Shown: positions 46,448 through 56,407 of the stretch, piece after piece
How positions within the stretch are numbered: the first letter of the stretch is position 1
Layout: every line of letters begins with the position of its first letter
From: Spirochaetota bacterium
GTDB lineage: Bacteria; Spirochaetota; UBA4802; UBA5550
Assembly (NCBI GenBank): GCA_041737965.1
Contig: JBGSQT010000021.1
Location: forward strand, 2,959-66,958
Length of the DNA stretch: 64,000 nucleotides
Reading direction: 5' to 3'
The notes under the pieces: generated by a model
What the model was told of the DNA's origin: nothing
Databases searched by the model: none
What the model saw: the letters and a program-made list of their open reading frames with translations, nothing else
Program-made: the position numbers and the translations under genes

Positions 46448-47482
46448 TCATTTTTTTTTACGGGGCGCCTTTTTCTTTTTCTGTTCCGCTTCTTTGAAAT
46501 GCTGTTTGAACGCCTCGAAATCCAGGGGACCGTCGATGTCGTTTTCCCAGTGCGCCGCGTTTTTTTTAATATGATACAGTATTCCGCCGGTTTTGCTGAA
46601 GTCCGTTTTATGAAGGAAGGTGATGACGCTGAAAAAGGTGTCATTGATGTCGTTTTCCACGATACACCTGTTCTTCACCTGTCTGATGGTATTGAACTGC
46701 TTCGTCCTCCACATGTGGTACAGGATTTTCGAGAATGTCCTGGGGGTCAGAGCCTTCCGGAGGTTGTAGAAAAAGTTCGCTGTCTCATTTTCGATCATTC
46801 CGTCGACAGTCGGATGTTTTATGATCGCGCCGGTATTGCCGACCCTGGCCTGAAAGGTGTCGAAGCCCACGAAGCTCTTGAGCTTTCCCGCGTTTTTCCC
46901 GCGTTTGATGTACCTGATCCTGTGATGGAGCCAGTTGTCGTCCTTCATGTCTTCGTATTCGACGATCCCGTATATCAGATGCACCGTGTTTCCGCGGTGG
47001 TCCTTCCGCTTTCCGAGGATCGAGTTATACTCCTGATGCATGTACGTTACGTCCTCGGGAGTGATCCGGGGCGTGTCGCCGAAGAATATGTCGACCCGCT
47101 GTCCGTATTCAACGTGGTTGAAATAAAAGTCTTTCCAGTGGCCGCCCACGGTCTTTTTCATCTGAACGACCTTCAATCCTTTATAGCGCGACGCGTCTAT
47201 CACGCGATTGAAGCTCTGCACATCGTTGTAGACATAAATTTCGTCGTATATTCTTTTCCCGTTTATTTCCGCCCCGTATACCGCGTCGATTACGTACTGT
47301 ATGACCGGCTTCCCCGCGAGGTCGCGGAGGAATTTGTTCTGGCCTATGAAAATTTCGTCGCCGTCGTAGGCCTTGCGTATCTCCTCCTCTTTCTTCTTCC
47401 TTTTCTCGGAATCGATTTTATCGTAACCCGCCAGTATAAGCGCTATGGGGGGTTTCCCACGGTGCTTCTTCGTGTCCGCCAT
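46448..47482 (-). CDS. nucleotidyltransferase-like (GT-A/MobA-like) protein, function unknown
   Basis: ORF 46448..47530; ATG 47482 preferred (MADTKKHRGKPPIALILAGYDK...LAGKPVIQYVIDAV resembles the NTP_transferase N-terminal signature). Lys-rich C-terminal tail. Confidence 0.6.
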   Translation of the reverse strand: MADTKKHRGKPPIALILAGYDKIDSEKRKKKEEEIRKAYDGDEIFIGQNKFLRDLAGKPVIQYVIDAVYGAEINGKRIYDEIYVYNDVQSFNRVIDASRYKGLKVVQMKKTVGGHWKDFYFNHVEYGQRVDIFFGDTPRITPEDVTYMHQEYNSILGKRKDHRGNTVHLIYGIVEYEDMKDDNWLHHRIRYIKRGKNAGKLKSFVGFDTFQARVGNTGAIIKHPTVDGMIENETANFFYNLRKALTPRTFSKILYHMWRTKQFNTIRQVKNRCIVENDINDTFFSVITFLHKTDFSKTGGILYHIKKNAAHWENDIDGPLDFEAFKQHFKEAEQKKKKAPRKKK

Positions 47483-47612
47483 TTCAAAGTCCCCGCATGA
47501 ATTAATTGTACCTGGCAATGGCGCCGGCACATAATTGTAAGAATCCTATATCACACCGAAGGCGGTGAAAAGCAATGACTTTTTCAAGAAAGGGCCGGGG
47601 TTTTAACATCAA

Positions 47613-49283
47613 TTATTGAAACGACGCGAGAATGTTTCTTAAAATGGCGATAGTCGCGGCGTACACCGGCGTAACTCCCGTATCGCCCAGGGGGATGGAA
47701 AGCAGGTCTCCCCGCAATGGTGCGTCAGAAGCGTAGTAGACGATGCCGACCTTAAGATTACTGGCCCTTTTTCTGAGCGTTGCCTGGGCCAGGGCCCGCG
47801 CGTACGGGATTCCTTCCATCTCCACCCCCATGGCGGACCAGTTGTCGCGGAAATATCGGAGAACGTCCTCGTTCTGGAGAAAAGTACCGGCAACGGTAAG
47901 CATCGGGCCCCTGTCGAACACCTCGTGGCGGTCAAGAATGCCGATAAAGTCGTCCCGGTTGAGGCAGTTGCCGAGATCGTACACGTCGCCGGTCCCCTGT
48001 TTCACGAAAAATGAAGGAAGCATGATGTCTCCCCTTTCTCCCACGAGAGTTCCGGCCTTCCCCATTATGTACACGCCGCGAAGCCTCGGCCCGAAGGTTT
48101 CGCACAGTTCGTTGAAGAGATAGAACCCTTCCTCGCCGAAGGCGTAATCCATGTTCAGGATTACCGCATCGATCGCCCCCGTATTCCAGCCGATTCGGTC
48201 ATCGGCACGCGCGCCGTCAACGCGTTTCATGTCAATCAGCTGGCAGAACGGCATCCCGACCGGCGTCTCCAGATAGTGGATGCCCCCCTGCCGGTCCCTG
48301 GCGATGCGTTCAAGATCGATTCCGTCCCGGCCAGATTTGCGCATTTCTGCGTAACGCTGGAATCCGTCTCCTTCGCCGGTGAAGGCGCTCCGGACATGGG
48401 GTGAGAGGCAGTTCACCAGGCTGTGTCTGTTGCTTGAAACGAGATGGATCCGCTTGTCCGCCAGATCCAAAGCCGCCATCGATTCGAGTACCATCGTGCA
48501 CCATGCCTTCGCGCGTTTGCTGTAGGCGCCCACGATGCTGAACCTGTCAGGAAAAATTATTTTGAGGTCCTTGGTGTGCGACATGATTACGGCCCTTACG
48601 AAATCCAGGAGGCCTCCTTCAAGTGTCCTGTCCAGGTTTTTCATGGCGCCGTAATCGGCCTTTAATTCCACTGACAGCTCGTGGAGCAGGGATTTGCGCT
48701 CCTCCGGTGAGAGCGACGCGTAATCCTCGATTTTTTCTATCGCATCCCATACCGAGTAACTCTCTCCGTCCTCCTGGGATTTCTCCAGATGATGGGCGTA
48801 CTTGATGCGTATTTTGTCCGACTCAATCTGATAGCAGGTGAGGGCGGAGATGAAGTCGATAAGATCGCTCATGCCGCCGCTGAATGCGGTAACCAGGCTG
48901 TGTTCGCCGGTGCGATAGGTCGGCCTCCGGCGGGCACGGGTCTCCACCGGCACGAAATCCTCGGCAACCTCGCTTGCGATTTCACCTGTGACGGTTATCT
49001 GCCGTACGTTCCAGATGCCGACCGGGAGCCGCATGAGGACGTAGCTCAGCGCCGCCGCGTCGACGCGGTCATCATCGGCAACGTATTCGTACAGCGCCGG
49101 TCTTGACATCGCCATCAGCTGGCGGAGACTCGCCCCCGAATCGCCCCCCGGTTTATAGTATCCCCGCAGTATGATGCCCTTTGCGAGCGTTTCAAATTCC
49201 TCTATGGCAAGTCTGTTCTCAATGCTCATTGGCCGCATCTCCATAATAATGCGCCGGTGAAATAATAAATCGCCGAAACGCAA
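47613..49283 (-). CDS. protein with C-terminal PNP/UDP-phosphorylase-superfamily domain and large unknown N-terminal domain
   Basis: 556-aa ORF (start among M1/M14/M16/M19 unresolved). C-terminus ..RGVYIMGKAGTLVGERGDIMLPS...SAMGVEMEGIPYARAL.. resembles the nucleoside phosphorylase/AMP-nucleosidase fold. N-terminal ~330 aa unassigned. Confidence 0.6.
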   Translation of the reverse strand: MRFGDLLFHRRIIMEMRPMSIENRLAIEEFETLAKGIILRGYYKPGGDSGASLRQLMAMSRPALYEYVADDDRVDAAALSYVLMRLPVGIWNVRQITVTGEIASEVAEDFVPVETRARRRPTYRTGEHSLVTAFSGGMSDLIDFISALTCYQIESDKIRIKYAHHLEKSQEDGESYSVWDAIEKIEDYASLSPEERKSLLHELSVELKADYGAMKNLDRTLEGGLLDFVRAVIMSHTKDLKIIFPDRFSIVGAYSKRAKAWCTMVLESMAALDLADKRIHLVSSNRHSLVNCLSPHVRSAFTGEGDGFQRYAEMRKSGRDGIDLERIARDRQGGIHYLETPVGMPFCQLIDMKRVDGARADDRIGWNTGAIDAVILNMDYAFGEEGFYLFNELCETFGPRLRGVYIMGKAGTLVGERGDIMLPSFFVKQGTGDVYDLGNCLNRDDFIGILDRHEVFDRGPMLTVAGTFLQNEDVLRYFRDNWSAMGVEMEGIPYARALAQATLRKRASNLKVGIVYYASDAPLRGDLLSIPLGDTGVTPVYAATIAILRNILASFQ

Positions 49284-49398
49284 CGCTTGTATTAATGATG
49301 CGATGTGCCGGATGAAATGTCAAATGTTATATCCATCAGGAACGGATGCTGTTCCCAATTCCCATAAGATACAATTGAGGAGGCGTCTTCTCTATCGG

Positions 49399-50481
49399 TC
49401 AAAGAAGTTTCTTATGCTCATCTCCGCGGTTTCTTGCGATATTTCTCAGTTTCATCCATTCCTTTTCATCCTGCGGAACATGTTCGAAATCCTTCTGATC
49501 CCTGCGCCGCAGCTTGATCGCCTCCACAGGACAATCGGTGACGCAGAGCCCGCAGCCGATGCAGCGTTCGTTGACCGTCGCGGTTGAGTCGAGTTCGATG
49601 GCCCTGACCTGGCAGCGGTCGAGACAGATGCCGCAGGCGGTGCAGAGATCGTGATCGACGACTGCTTCGAAGTTTGAGGACGCCAGCGCCTCCCGGTACC
49701 CCAGTTCGTTCATGGCCCGCATGAGGCCGCAGCAGCAGCCGCAGCAGTTGCAAATCACCATATGGCCCGTCTTCTGATTGTTCACCATATGAACCAGCCC
49801 GGACTGCTCCGCCGCGTCAAGAATTCTGAACGCCTCCTCTTTCGTGATGGGCCGTGAGAGGAAATGTCCCTCGAAATAATTCTCGATCGGCGCGACTGCG
49901 ATGCACACCTCCTGCGGATGGTCGCATCCTTCGCCGAGCATCTTTTTCTCCTTTTTACATATGCAATCGGTGACCCCCCATGCTTTCGCTCCCTCTATAA
50001 TGCCGGATATGCTTTCATACGGTTCGATCTGGGAGGGGTTGGGTATTTCTTTTTCGATGGGAATGACTTTGAGCAGCGCTGGCTTTTTCGTGAAGTAATC
50101 CCTGCCGAACACGTTATGCATGTATTCTTCCGACATGCGCACGAACTCTTCATCCATGCGTTTGTTCTGGAATTCGTAAATGCCGAACACAAAGGGGAGG
50201 AGTTTGTAAAGCATCACCGCTCCGAGCTTTACGCCCCATATTTGCCCCTTTTCATGCATCTCCAGGAGCTTTTCTGCAAGATAATTCCTGTCGAGGCCGG
50301 TGCGTTCGGCGATCGCTTCGGGAGTCTCCCAATTTAGCTTTAATTTCGTGGTGAGATCGGCTTCTTCTTCGGTAAATATTTTTTCCAAAATTTTTATCTC
50401 AAGCCCGTCGGGTGATGAAGGGTACCCGTTTGGGATCGTATCCAGTATTTCCCTTAATTTGTAATACACTTCTTTAGCCAT
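49399..50481 (-). CDS. Fe-S protein with Cys-cluster (CNCCGCCCG) and C-terminal 2x[4Fe-4S] ferredoxin domain
   Basis: ORF 49399..50619; ATG 50481 preferred (GGAGA RBS; MAKEVYYKLREILD..). CTACGICLDRCQ and CIGCGLCVTDCP ferredoxin motifs. Confidence 0.8.
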   Translation of the reverse strand: MAKEVYYKLREILDTIPNGYPSSPDGLEIKILEKIFTEEEADLTTKLKLNWETPEAIAERTGLDRNYLAEKLLEMHEKGQIWGVKLGAVMLYKLLPFVFGIYEFQNKRMDEEFVRMSEEYMHNVFGRDYFTKKPALLKVIPIEKEIPNPSQIEPYESISGIIEGAKAWGVTDCICKKEKKMLGEGCDHPQEVCIAVAPIENYFEGHFLSRPITKEEAFRILDAAEQSGLVHMVNNQKTGHMVICNCCGCCCGLMRAMNELGYREALASSNFEAVVDHDLCTACGICLDRCQVRAIELDSTATVNERCIGCGLCVTDCPVEAIKLRRRDQKDFEHVPQDEKEWMKLRNIARNRGDEHKKLL

Positions 50482-50718
50482 GGTTTTCTCCAAAGATAAC
50501 AGTGTTATGTTCCGTGATGTCCATATTCCCGCATTCCCATTCGGGTTCAACCATTTTTTTTGAATTTGAAGAATTTTCAGTGCTCTATTAAATCTAATAG
50601 ATTCGGTAAAAGTAACCATTTTTTACAGAATAAATCGTTTCTATATTGTGATACACGGTTCATGCTTTCTGTTTATGCTGGTAGTGGTCATAATCAATAT
50701 TTTAATGAGGTAATTCCC

Positions 50719-51165
50719 ATGAGAACTACTCTTAATATCCATGTTGAAGTAGTAAATAGAATTGATAGTGCGGCAAAGGCAAGCGGCATATCCCGTTCAG
50801 AAATGATTGCAACATTACTGCGATTTTTTATGAATGAAAAGGTTAAACCGGACAATATTGGTAAAATGGTTCAATATCAGGACAGGTGTAAAAACGATGA
50901 GTGGCGTACCGTTCATGTTCGCTTCCGTGTTGATGACTATGAATGTTTTATTGATATGCGTAAATTTTATAAAATGTCAGTTTCCAAGCTCGTTGCACTT
51001 TCTGTAAAAAAATTTATCATAAATAAATCTGGGTTTTCATTAATTGGGGATAACTATCCCCATAAAAATTATGTTTTAATGAAACATGTGATTAATGATA
51101 CAATTACTTGGAAAATAATATGGGGGTATCCGCCGGAGATTGAAAAAATACTGACAATTCAGTAA
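50719..51165 (+). CDS. tandem ribbon-helix-helix-like protein (hypothetical)
   Basis: Internal ATG 50719 with GAGG RBS. MRTTLNIHVEVVNRIDSAAKASGISRSEMIATLLRFF has an RHH pattern. A second RHH-like unit is VHVRFRVDDYECFIDMRKFYKMSVSKLVALSVKKFI. Lies in a small AT-rich islet. Confidence 0.55.
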   Translation: MRTTLNIHVEVVNRIDSAAKASGISRSEMIATLLRFFMNEKVKPDNIGKMVQYQDRCKNDEWRTVHVRFRVDDYECFIDMRKFYKMSVSKLVALSVKKFIINKSGFSLIGDNYPHKNYVLMKHVINDTITWKIIWGYPPEIEKILTIQ

Positions 51166-51295
51166 AAAAGTACATATAGTAAGCGAATCTTTTCCATATT
51201 GACAAAGCTGATTTCTTCAGCCATAATACAACATACAAATAAGGTAGCCGATGTAATCATTTTTTCATCATCGGCGATAATAAGGAGGTTGTCCG

Positions 51296-51787
51296 ATGGA
51301 ACCGAAAAGTGTGTGCATAAGCAGCGTGACAATAATACAGCAGATGACACAGCAGGATGCGAATCTGGCCGGAAATGTTCATGGCGGTGTCATCATGAGA
51401 TTGATAGATAACACTGCCGGGATTGTGGCGGTCAGGCATACGAAAATGAACTGCGTTACCGCATCGCTGGACCAGCTTGATTTCCACAGTCCAGTTTTTG
51501 TGGGAGACCTGCTCCGTATTTCAGCAAGCATAAATTATACTGGAAGGACTTCGATGGAGCTCGGCGTCAGGGTCGAAGCGGAAAATTTCGTCACCGGCCA
51601 GGTAAGGCACACTGCTTCGGCATACCTTACTTTTGTCGCTCTGGACCAGGGGGGAAGACCCGCGCCAATTGTACCGTGCCTGTTCGAGAGCGAAAATGAA
51701 AAGCGGCGCAATTGCGAGGCGAAACGGCGCAGGGAAATAAGACTGATGGAGAAGAAAATCGGGAAAGAAATTCAATGTCCTGAATAA
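51296..51787 (+). CDS. acyl-CoA thioesterase (hotdog fold, YciA/Acot-like)
   Basis: 163-aa ORF. ..TQQDANLAGNVHGGVIMRLIDNTAGIVAVRH.. and ..TASLDQLDFHSPVFVGDLL.. are typical of 4HBT/acyl-CoA hydrolases. Confidence 0.82.
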   Translation: MEPKSVCISSVTIIQQMTQQDANLAGNVHGGVIMRLIDNTAGIVAVRHTKMNCVTASLDQLDFHSPVFVGDLLRISASINYTGRTSMELGVRVEAENFVTGQVRHTASAYLTFVALDQGGRPAPIVPCLFESENEKRRNCEAKRRREIRLMEKKIGKEIQCPE

Positions 51788-51853
51788 TGAATTCCGATAT
51801 CATGAAAACAGATGGACATATATGCGAGAACCATTCAGGAAGAGGGTAGAAAA

Positions 51854-53185
51854 TTACAGAAACGCATATCGCAACACAAAAATTATCCCTATGACATACA
51901 TTATCGGATGGACTTCTTTTGCTTTTCCAGTACACACTTTAAGCAGAGGGTAACTGACAAAACCGAAGGCAAGACCGTCGGCAATGGAGTAGGTGAGAGG
52001 CATGCCGATGATTACAAGGAAAGCCGGTATGGATTCGGTTATATCGCTGAAATCAATTTTTATTACATTCCCCAGAAGTATGGAACCGACAAAAATAAGC
52101 GCGGGAGCAATCACAGGATACAGAGTTAAGCCGGTACCTGCGGGAGTAAACCCGCCTCCGATCATTCGGGCAAGAGGTTCAAAGAATAGGGCGCCCAGAA
52201 ACAGCAATCCGGCCATTACAGCGGTAAGACCGGTACGTCCACCTTCCTGAATTCCGGAAGAGCTTTCCACGTATGTGACGATAGTTGAAGTGCCGAAAAA
52301 TGCGCCGTAAACAGACGCAAGGGAATCGGTAATGAGAATTTCCCTGATTTTCGGAATACTTCCATCCGGACGCATGAGGCCGGCCTGCTGTGTGACTCCC
52401 ACCACTGTGCCGATCGTATCAAAAAGGTCCATAAAAAGAAACACTAATATATAGGGAATATATTGCGGCGACAACGCCTCCAGTATCCTCATTTTTCCAA
52501 GTGTTGGCATTATAGATGGAGGGGCGCTTACGATGCCGTGATACTGGACGATGCCGAATGGGAGTGCGAGCAGTGTGACCGACAGTATGCCAATAAGCAT
52601 AGCCCCCCTGACCCTGAGATATGAGCATACGGCGATGATCAGAATTCCCAACAGCGCAAGAAGTACATGGGGCGATCTGACGTTGCCGAGCTGAAGAACG
52701 CCGTCAGCCGATTTCTGGACTATGCCGCCGTAAACAAGGCCTATGAATGCGATAAATACGCCGATTCCCACCGCGATACCTGCCTTGAATGAGGGGGGAA
52801 TTGAATTGATTATCGCCTCGCGAATATTAAAAAATGTCAATAGTAGAAACAGTAATCCCGAAATGAAAATAATTCCCAGGGCGATATCCCAGGGAACCCC
52901 TAGGGCCTGTATCACCACAAAGGAGAAAAAAAAGTTTTCCCCCATTGCCGGAGCTAGGGCGATGGGATAGTTTGCATAAAGTCCCATCATGATGCACGCT
53001 GCAGCCGAGGTTATACAGGTTGCCGTAAGCACCGCACCGAAATCCATCCCCCCCGCGGCGAGAATGGCGGGTTGAACGAAGATAATATATGCCATTGTGA
53101 TGAAGGTAGTACAGCCGGACAGTAATTCTGTTTTTATGGAAGAGTTCCGTTCGGTGATGCGGAAAAAGGAATCGAGAAGCTTCAT
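51854..53185 (-). CDS. NCS2-family purine (adenine/guanine/hypoxanthine, AzgA-like) permease
   Basis: 443-aa ORF. N-terminal FRITERNSSIKTELLSGCTTFITMAYIIFVQP and the multi-TM pattern are typical of AzgA/PbuG-type permeases. Confidence 0.85.
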   Translation of the reverse strand: MKLLDSFFRITERNSSIKTELLSGCTTFITMAYIIFVQPAILAAGGMDFGAVLTATCITSAAACIMMGLYANYPIALAPAMGENFFFSFVVIQALGVPWDIALGIIFISGLLFLLLTFFNIREAIINSIPPSFKAGIAVGIGVFIAFIGLVYGGIVQKSADGVLQLGNVRSPHVLLALLGILIIAVCSYLRVRGAMLIGILSVTLLALPFGIVQYHGIVSAPPSIMPTLGKMRILEALSPQYIPYILVFLFMDLFDTIGTVVGVTQQAGLMRPDGSIPKIREILITDSLASVYGAFFGTSTIVTYVESSSGIQEGGRTGLTAVMAGLLFLGALFFEPLARMIGGGFTPAGTGLTLYPVIAPALIFVGSILLGNVIKIDFSDITESIPAFLVIIGMPLTYSIADGLAFGFVSYPLLKVCTGKAKEVHPIMYVIGIIFVLRYAFL

Positions 53186-53403
53186 TGGAAATCCTGGTAA
53201 TTTAGTGTAGTGCTGCTAACAAATTATATCCATGTCGAATTCTGTTACAGATTTATTATTAATCAAGAATATTTACATTAGAAGATGAATTTACTTGCAT
53301 TTCAACGAATGAAGTGTATATGCTGTAAAAATGAAGTTCAATACGGTCATAAGATTTCAAGCACGATTGCATCAATAACCAGACGACCCTCAATGAGGGC
53401 TTT

Positions 53404-54765
53404 ATGGAAAAAAATGTGGAAAAGAAAACAAAAAAAATTCTGATTGTGGAAGATTCACTCATTGTTGCGATGGAATTGCGTGAGAACCTGAAACGAGCCG
53501 GCTATGAAATTGCCGGTAATGCGGTTTCAGGCGAAGAAGCCATCGCGATGTACAATGCGACAAAACCTGATCTTATCCTAATGGACATCATGCTGCAGGG
53601 GAAGATGAACGGAATTGAGGCCGCGGCTGAAATTCAAAAAATTGACGAAGTTCCGATAATATACACAACCGCATATTCCGATGAGGAAACACTCAAGGAT
53701 TTGAAGCTTACCGATCCTTTTGCCTACCTGAAAAAACCCTACGACAACAAGGAACTGCTTATTACAATTGAGCTCGCTATCGAAAGATCGTCATACCAGA
53801 AAAAATTAACCACAAGCGAATATAAATACCGGAGTCTTTTTGAAAATTCCGTCGATGCTATTTTCATTATTTCTCCCACCGGCGAATTCGTGGAATATAA
53901 TATTTCACTTATGAGGCTGACCGGCTATGGTAAGGATGAACTTGACACACTGCATGTATCGGAAATCATGGAAGAGGGCGACGATTTTCAGGCAATAAAG
54001 GATATAATCGAAGATAAGGGGATGATAAAAGATTATGAGGTCAGAATCAAGCATCGTGACGGATCAATCCTCAGCTGCCAGATTATCGCTTCGGCGGTGT
54101 ATATCGAATCTGTCAGTAAATTCGGTTATCAGGGGATTCTAAGGGATGTCACAGATCTAAAGCGCAGTCTCGAAAGACAGAGCAACCTGATACAGGGGAT
54201 GATTCACGTGATGGCGGCAACCGTTGAAGCGCGGGACCCTTATACCGCGGGGCATCAAGAGAGAGTTGCTGTCATCAGCGGTCTAATAGCCGCCGAGATG
54301 GGCCTCCAGGAAGTGGAAATCAACAGAATTAAAATGGCGGCAATGATCCATGATCTCGGGAAAATCCATATCCCTTCCGAGATACTCACCAAACCGACCA
54401 AGCTGAATAATACAGAATATGAACTCATGATGACGCATCCGACGATTGGGTATGAAATTTTGAAAGGAGTGGAATTCCCATTCGATCTGGCAGGGATTGT
54501 ATACCAGCATCATGAGCGATGTGACGGTTCAGGATATCCGAAAAAGTTAGTAAAAAATGAAATCTATATCGAGGCGAGAATCATATCGGTCGCCGATGTG
54601 GTGGAGGCAATGGCGTCCCACAGGCCGTATCGTCCGTCCCAGGGCATAGAGCCTGCGATTGAAGAGATAAAGCAGGGCAGGGGCGTACGATACGACGAAG
54701 ATGTGGTCGACGCTTTCTGCCGCCTGATCGATGTAAATGCATTCGAGGGTATCATTATCAATTGA
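53404..54765 (+). CDS. response regulator with REC-PAS-HD-GYP domains (c-di-GMP phosphodiesterase type)
   Basis: 453-aa ORF. REC (KILIVEDSLIV..PDLILMDIML..), PAS (YRSLFENSVDAIFII..), HD-GYP (AAMIHDLGKIHIP..., YQHHERCDGSGYP). Confidence 0.9.
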   Translation: MEKNVEKKTKKILIVEDSLIVAMELRENLKRAGYEIAGNAVSGEEAIAMYNATKPDLILMDIMLQGKMNGIEAAAEIQKIDEVPIIYTTAYSDEETLKDLKLTDPFAYLKKPYDNKELLITIELAIERSSYQKKLTTSEYKYRSLFENSVDAIFIISPTGEFVEYNISLMRLTGYGKDELDTLHVSEIMEEGDDFQAIKDIIEDKGMIKDYEVRIKHRDGSILSCQIIASAVYIESVSKFGYQGILRDVTDLKRSLERQSNLIQGMIHVMAATVEARDPYTAGHQERVAVISGLIAAEMGLQEVEINRIKMAAMIHDLGKIHIPSEILTKPTKLNNTEYELMMTHPTIGYEILKGVEFPFDLAGIVYQHHERCDGSGYPKKLVKNEIYIEARIISVADVVEAMASHRPYRPSQGIEPAIEEIKQGRGVRYDEDVVDAFCRLIDVNAFEGIIIN

Positions 54766-54782
54766 TAGATACTCGGCATAAT

Positions 54783-54824
54783 AAAAAAAAATGACGGGCC
54801 CGTTACAGACCCGTCATTTTTTTT
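54783..54824. terminator. bidirectional rho-independent terminator
   Basis: A8 run, stem ATGACGGG (54791-54798), 11-nt loop, stem CCCGTCAT (54810-54817), T7 run. Sits between the convergent HD-GYP and hydrogenase large-subunit genes. Confidence 0.85.
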
Positions 54825-54841
54825 ATTACTATAGACTCTTA

Positions 54842-56407
54842 TTACACTATTCTGTAGGAGCCAATCTCTTTGTCTCCCTCAACGATATGTACCGCACAGG
54901 CGATACAGGGATCGAAAGACCGCACTACGCGCGCCACTTCAATGGGGTTTTCGTTGTCCGCCACCGGCGTACCCATAAGGGCCTGCTCCACCGGGCCTTT
55001 CACACCTCGGTCGTCCGTCGGCCCGCAATACCAGGTTGTGGGGACCACGCACTGATAGGTCGCGATTTTCTTGTCTTCCACCACGATCCAGTGCCCGAGC
55101 GCTCCCCTTGGGGCTTCTGCAAGACCTTCGCCTTCGCCGCGGTCCGGAATTTCGTATGTGGTTCTCGGGGCTCCGCCTGTTTCAAGCTGATCGAGCCAGC
55201 CGTACAGTTCGGTGCAGATGAGCTTGGCCTCGATTGCGCGGGCCGCGTGTCTTCCAAGTGCCGAGAAAACCGCGTTTATGTCCGCGTTGAACCTGCTGAG
55301 TACCGCGTCCACTTCCCGTTTTACCGGCTCCACATTGGACAGATAGCTGATGGCGACCCGGGCCAGCGGCCCCACTTCCATGGGCTGTTCTTTGTACCTC
55401 GGTGCCTTCAGCCATGTGTAGGCGCCCGGTTTTGTCGGCTGGGGTTCCGTCTGGCCGCGGAGCGGATGGAGATTTGAGCCGGAACTGTATCTTGCGTAGC
55501 GCACCTGCTCTCTGATATTGTTGGTGTCAAGCGCTTCAACGTTGCCGTTTATGAAAGAACCGGACGGCATCATGAATTGCGTGTATTCGTTATTCAATTC
55601 AAAAAGTCCGAAAGAGAGCATGTTCCTGAAACTTCCGAGCCTGAAATAGGGCCTGTATGCGTCGGCCACGGCCAGGACGTCGGGAACGTATACTTCGTTG
55701 ACAAACTTCTCGACTTTTTTCAGGCGCCGCTTGAACTGACGGATTTTATCCCTGGTCGGGACGGTCGTCACGCCGCCGGGTACAAGGCCGATGAGATGCG
55801 GCGCCCTCCCGCCGAAGATGGTGACCATTTCGTGCGCGATCATCCTCATGTCCAGCGCTTCCAGATAGTGGGCGATAGCGGCAATGTTCAGGTCGCTGTC
55901 CTTGATGTAGGAATCGCTGTCGTACCTGGGGAGGAAGGGGCTTACCGCGGTAAGGCGGATGTTCGGGTCTTTTTTGGTGTCAAGTTCGTTTTTGGCCCAT
56001 GCTTTAACCGATTGCAGTTTGTCATCGCCGCCGGAATAGTTCAGAATGGCGGTGATGTCCACATAATCCAGCGCCGCGAGATGATAGAAGTGAAGTATAT
56101 GCGACTGCAAGTAGTTTGCCGCCAGAACGATATTTCGCAGGATTCTGCCGTTATCGTTGGGCCTGATTTTAAAGGCGGAGTCCAGACACCGGCTGGACGC
56201 AAGGCCGTGGGAAACGGGGCACACGCCGCAGATGCGCTGGGTAATCTGGTTCGCGTCGACCGGGTTTCTTCCCTTGAGAATTTTTTCCCAGCCGCGGAAC
56301 ATATCGCCCTTGCTTTTCGCGTCGACGACTCTTCCGCCCTGGACGTCCACTTCTATAGAGAGATGACCTTCTATTCGAGTGATGGGATCTAAGTATACCT
56401 TAGCCAT
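54842..56407 (-). CDS. [NiFe] hydrogenase large subunit
   Basis: 521-aa ORF. N-terminal RICGVCPVSHG and C-terminal DPCIACAVH Ni-binding motifs, followed by a 14-aa cleavable tail. 8-nt overlap with the small-subunit gene. Confidence 0.95.
   Translation of the reverse strand: MAKVYLDPITRIEGHLSIEVDVQGGRVVDAKSKGDMFRGWEKILKGRNPVDANQITQRICGVCPVSHGLASSRCLDSAFKIRPNDNGRILRNIVLAANYLQSHILHFYHLAALDYVDITAILNYSGGDDKLQSVKAWAKNELDTKKDPNIRLTAVSPFLPRYDSDSYIKDSDLNIAAIAHYLEALDMRMIAHEMVTIFGGRAPHLIGLVPGGVTTVPTRDKIRQFKRRLKKVEKFVNEVYVPDVLAVADAYRPYFRLGSFRNMLSFGLFELNNEYTQFMMPSGSFINGNVEALDTNNIREQVRYARYSSGSNLHPLRGQTEPQPTKPGAYTWLKAPRYKEQPMEVGPLARVAISYLSNVEPVKREVDAVLSRFNADINAVFSALGRHAARAIEAKLICTELYGWLDQLETGGAPRTTYEIPDRGEGEGLAEAPRGALGHWIVVEDKKIATYQCVVPTTWYCGPTDDRGVKGPVEQALMGTPVADNENPIEVARVVRSFDPCIACAVHIVEGDKEIGSYRIV

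Noticed and set aside
46445-47500. 351-aa plus-strand ORF overlapping 46448..47482
   Set aside because: The two strands compete. The minus-strand product has a balanced globular composition, a nucleotide-binding-like N-terminus and operon context with 47613..49283. The plus-strand product is Val/Phe/Arg/His-rich with no motifs.
54842-56407. Possible [NiFeSe] hydrogenase (selenocysteine)
   Set aside because: The C-terminal Ni-binding motif reads DPCIAC with Cys and there is no in-frame TGA, so this is an ordinary [NiFe] enzyme.
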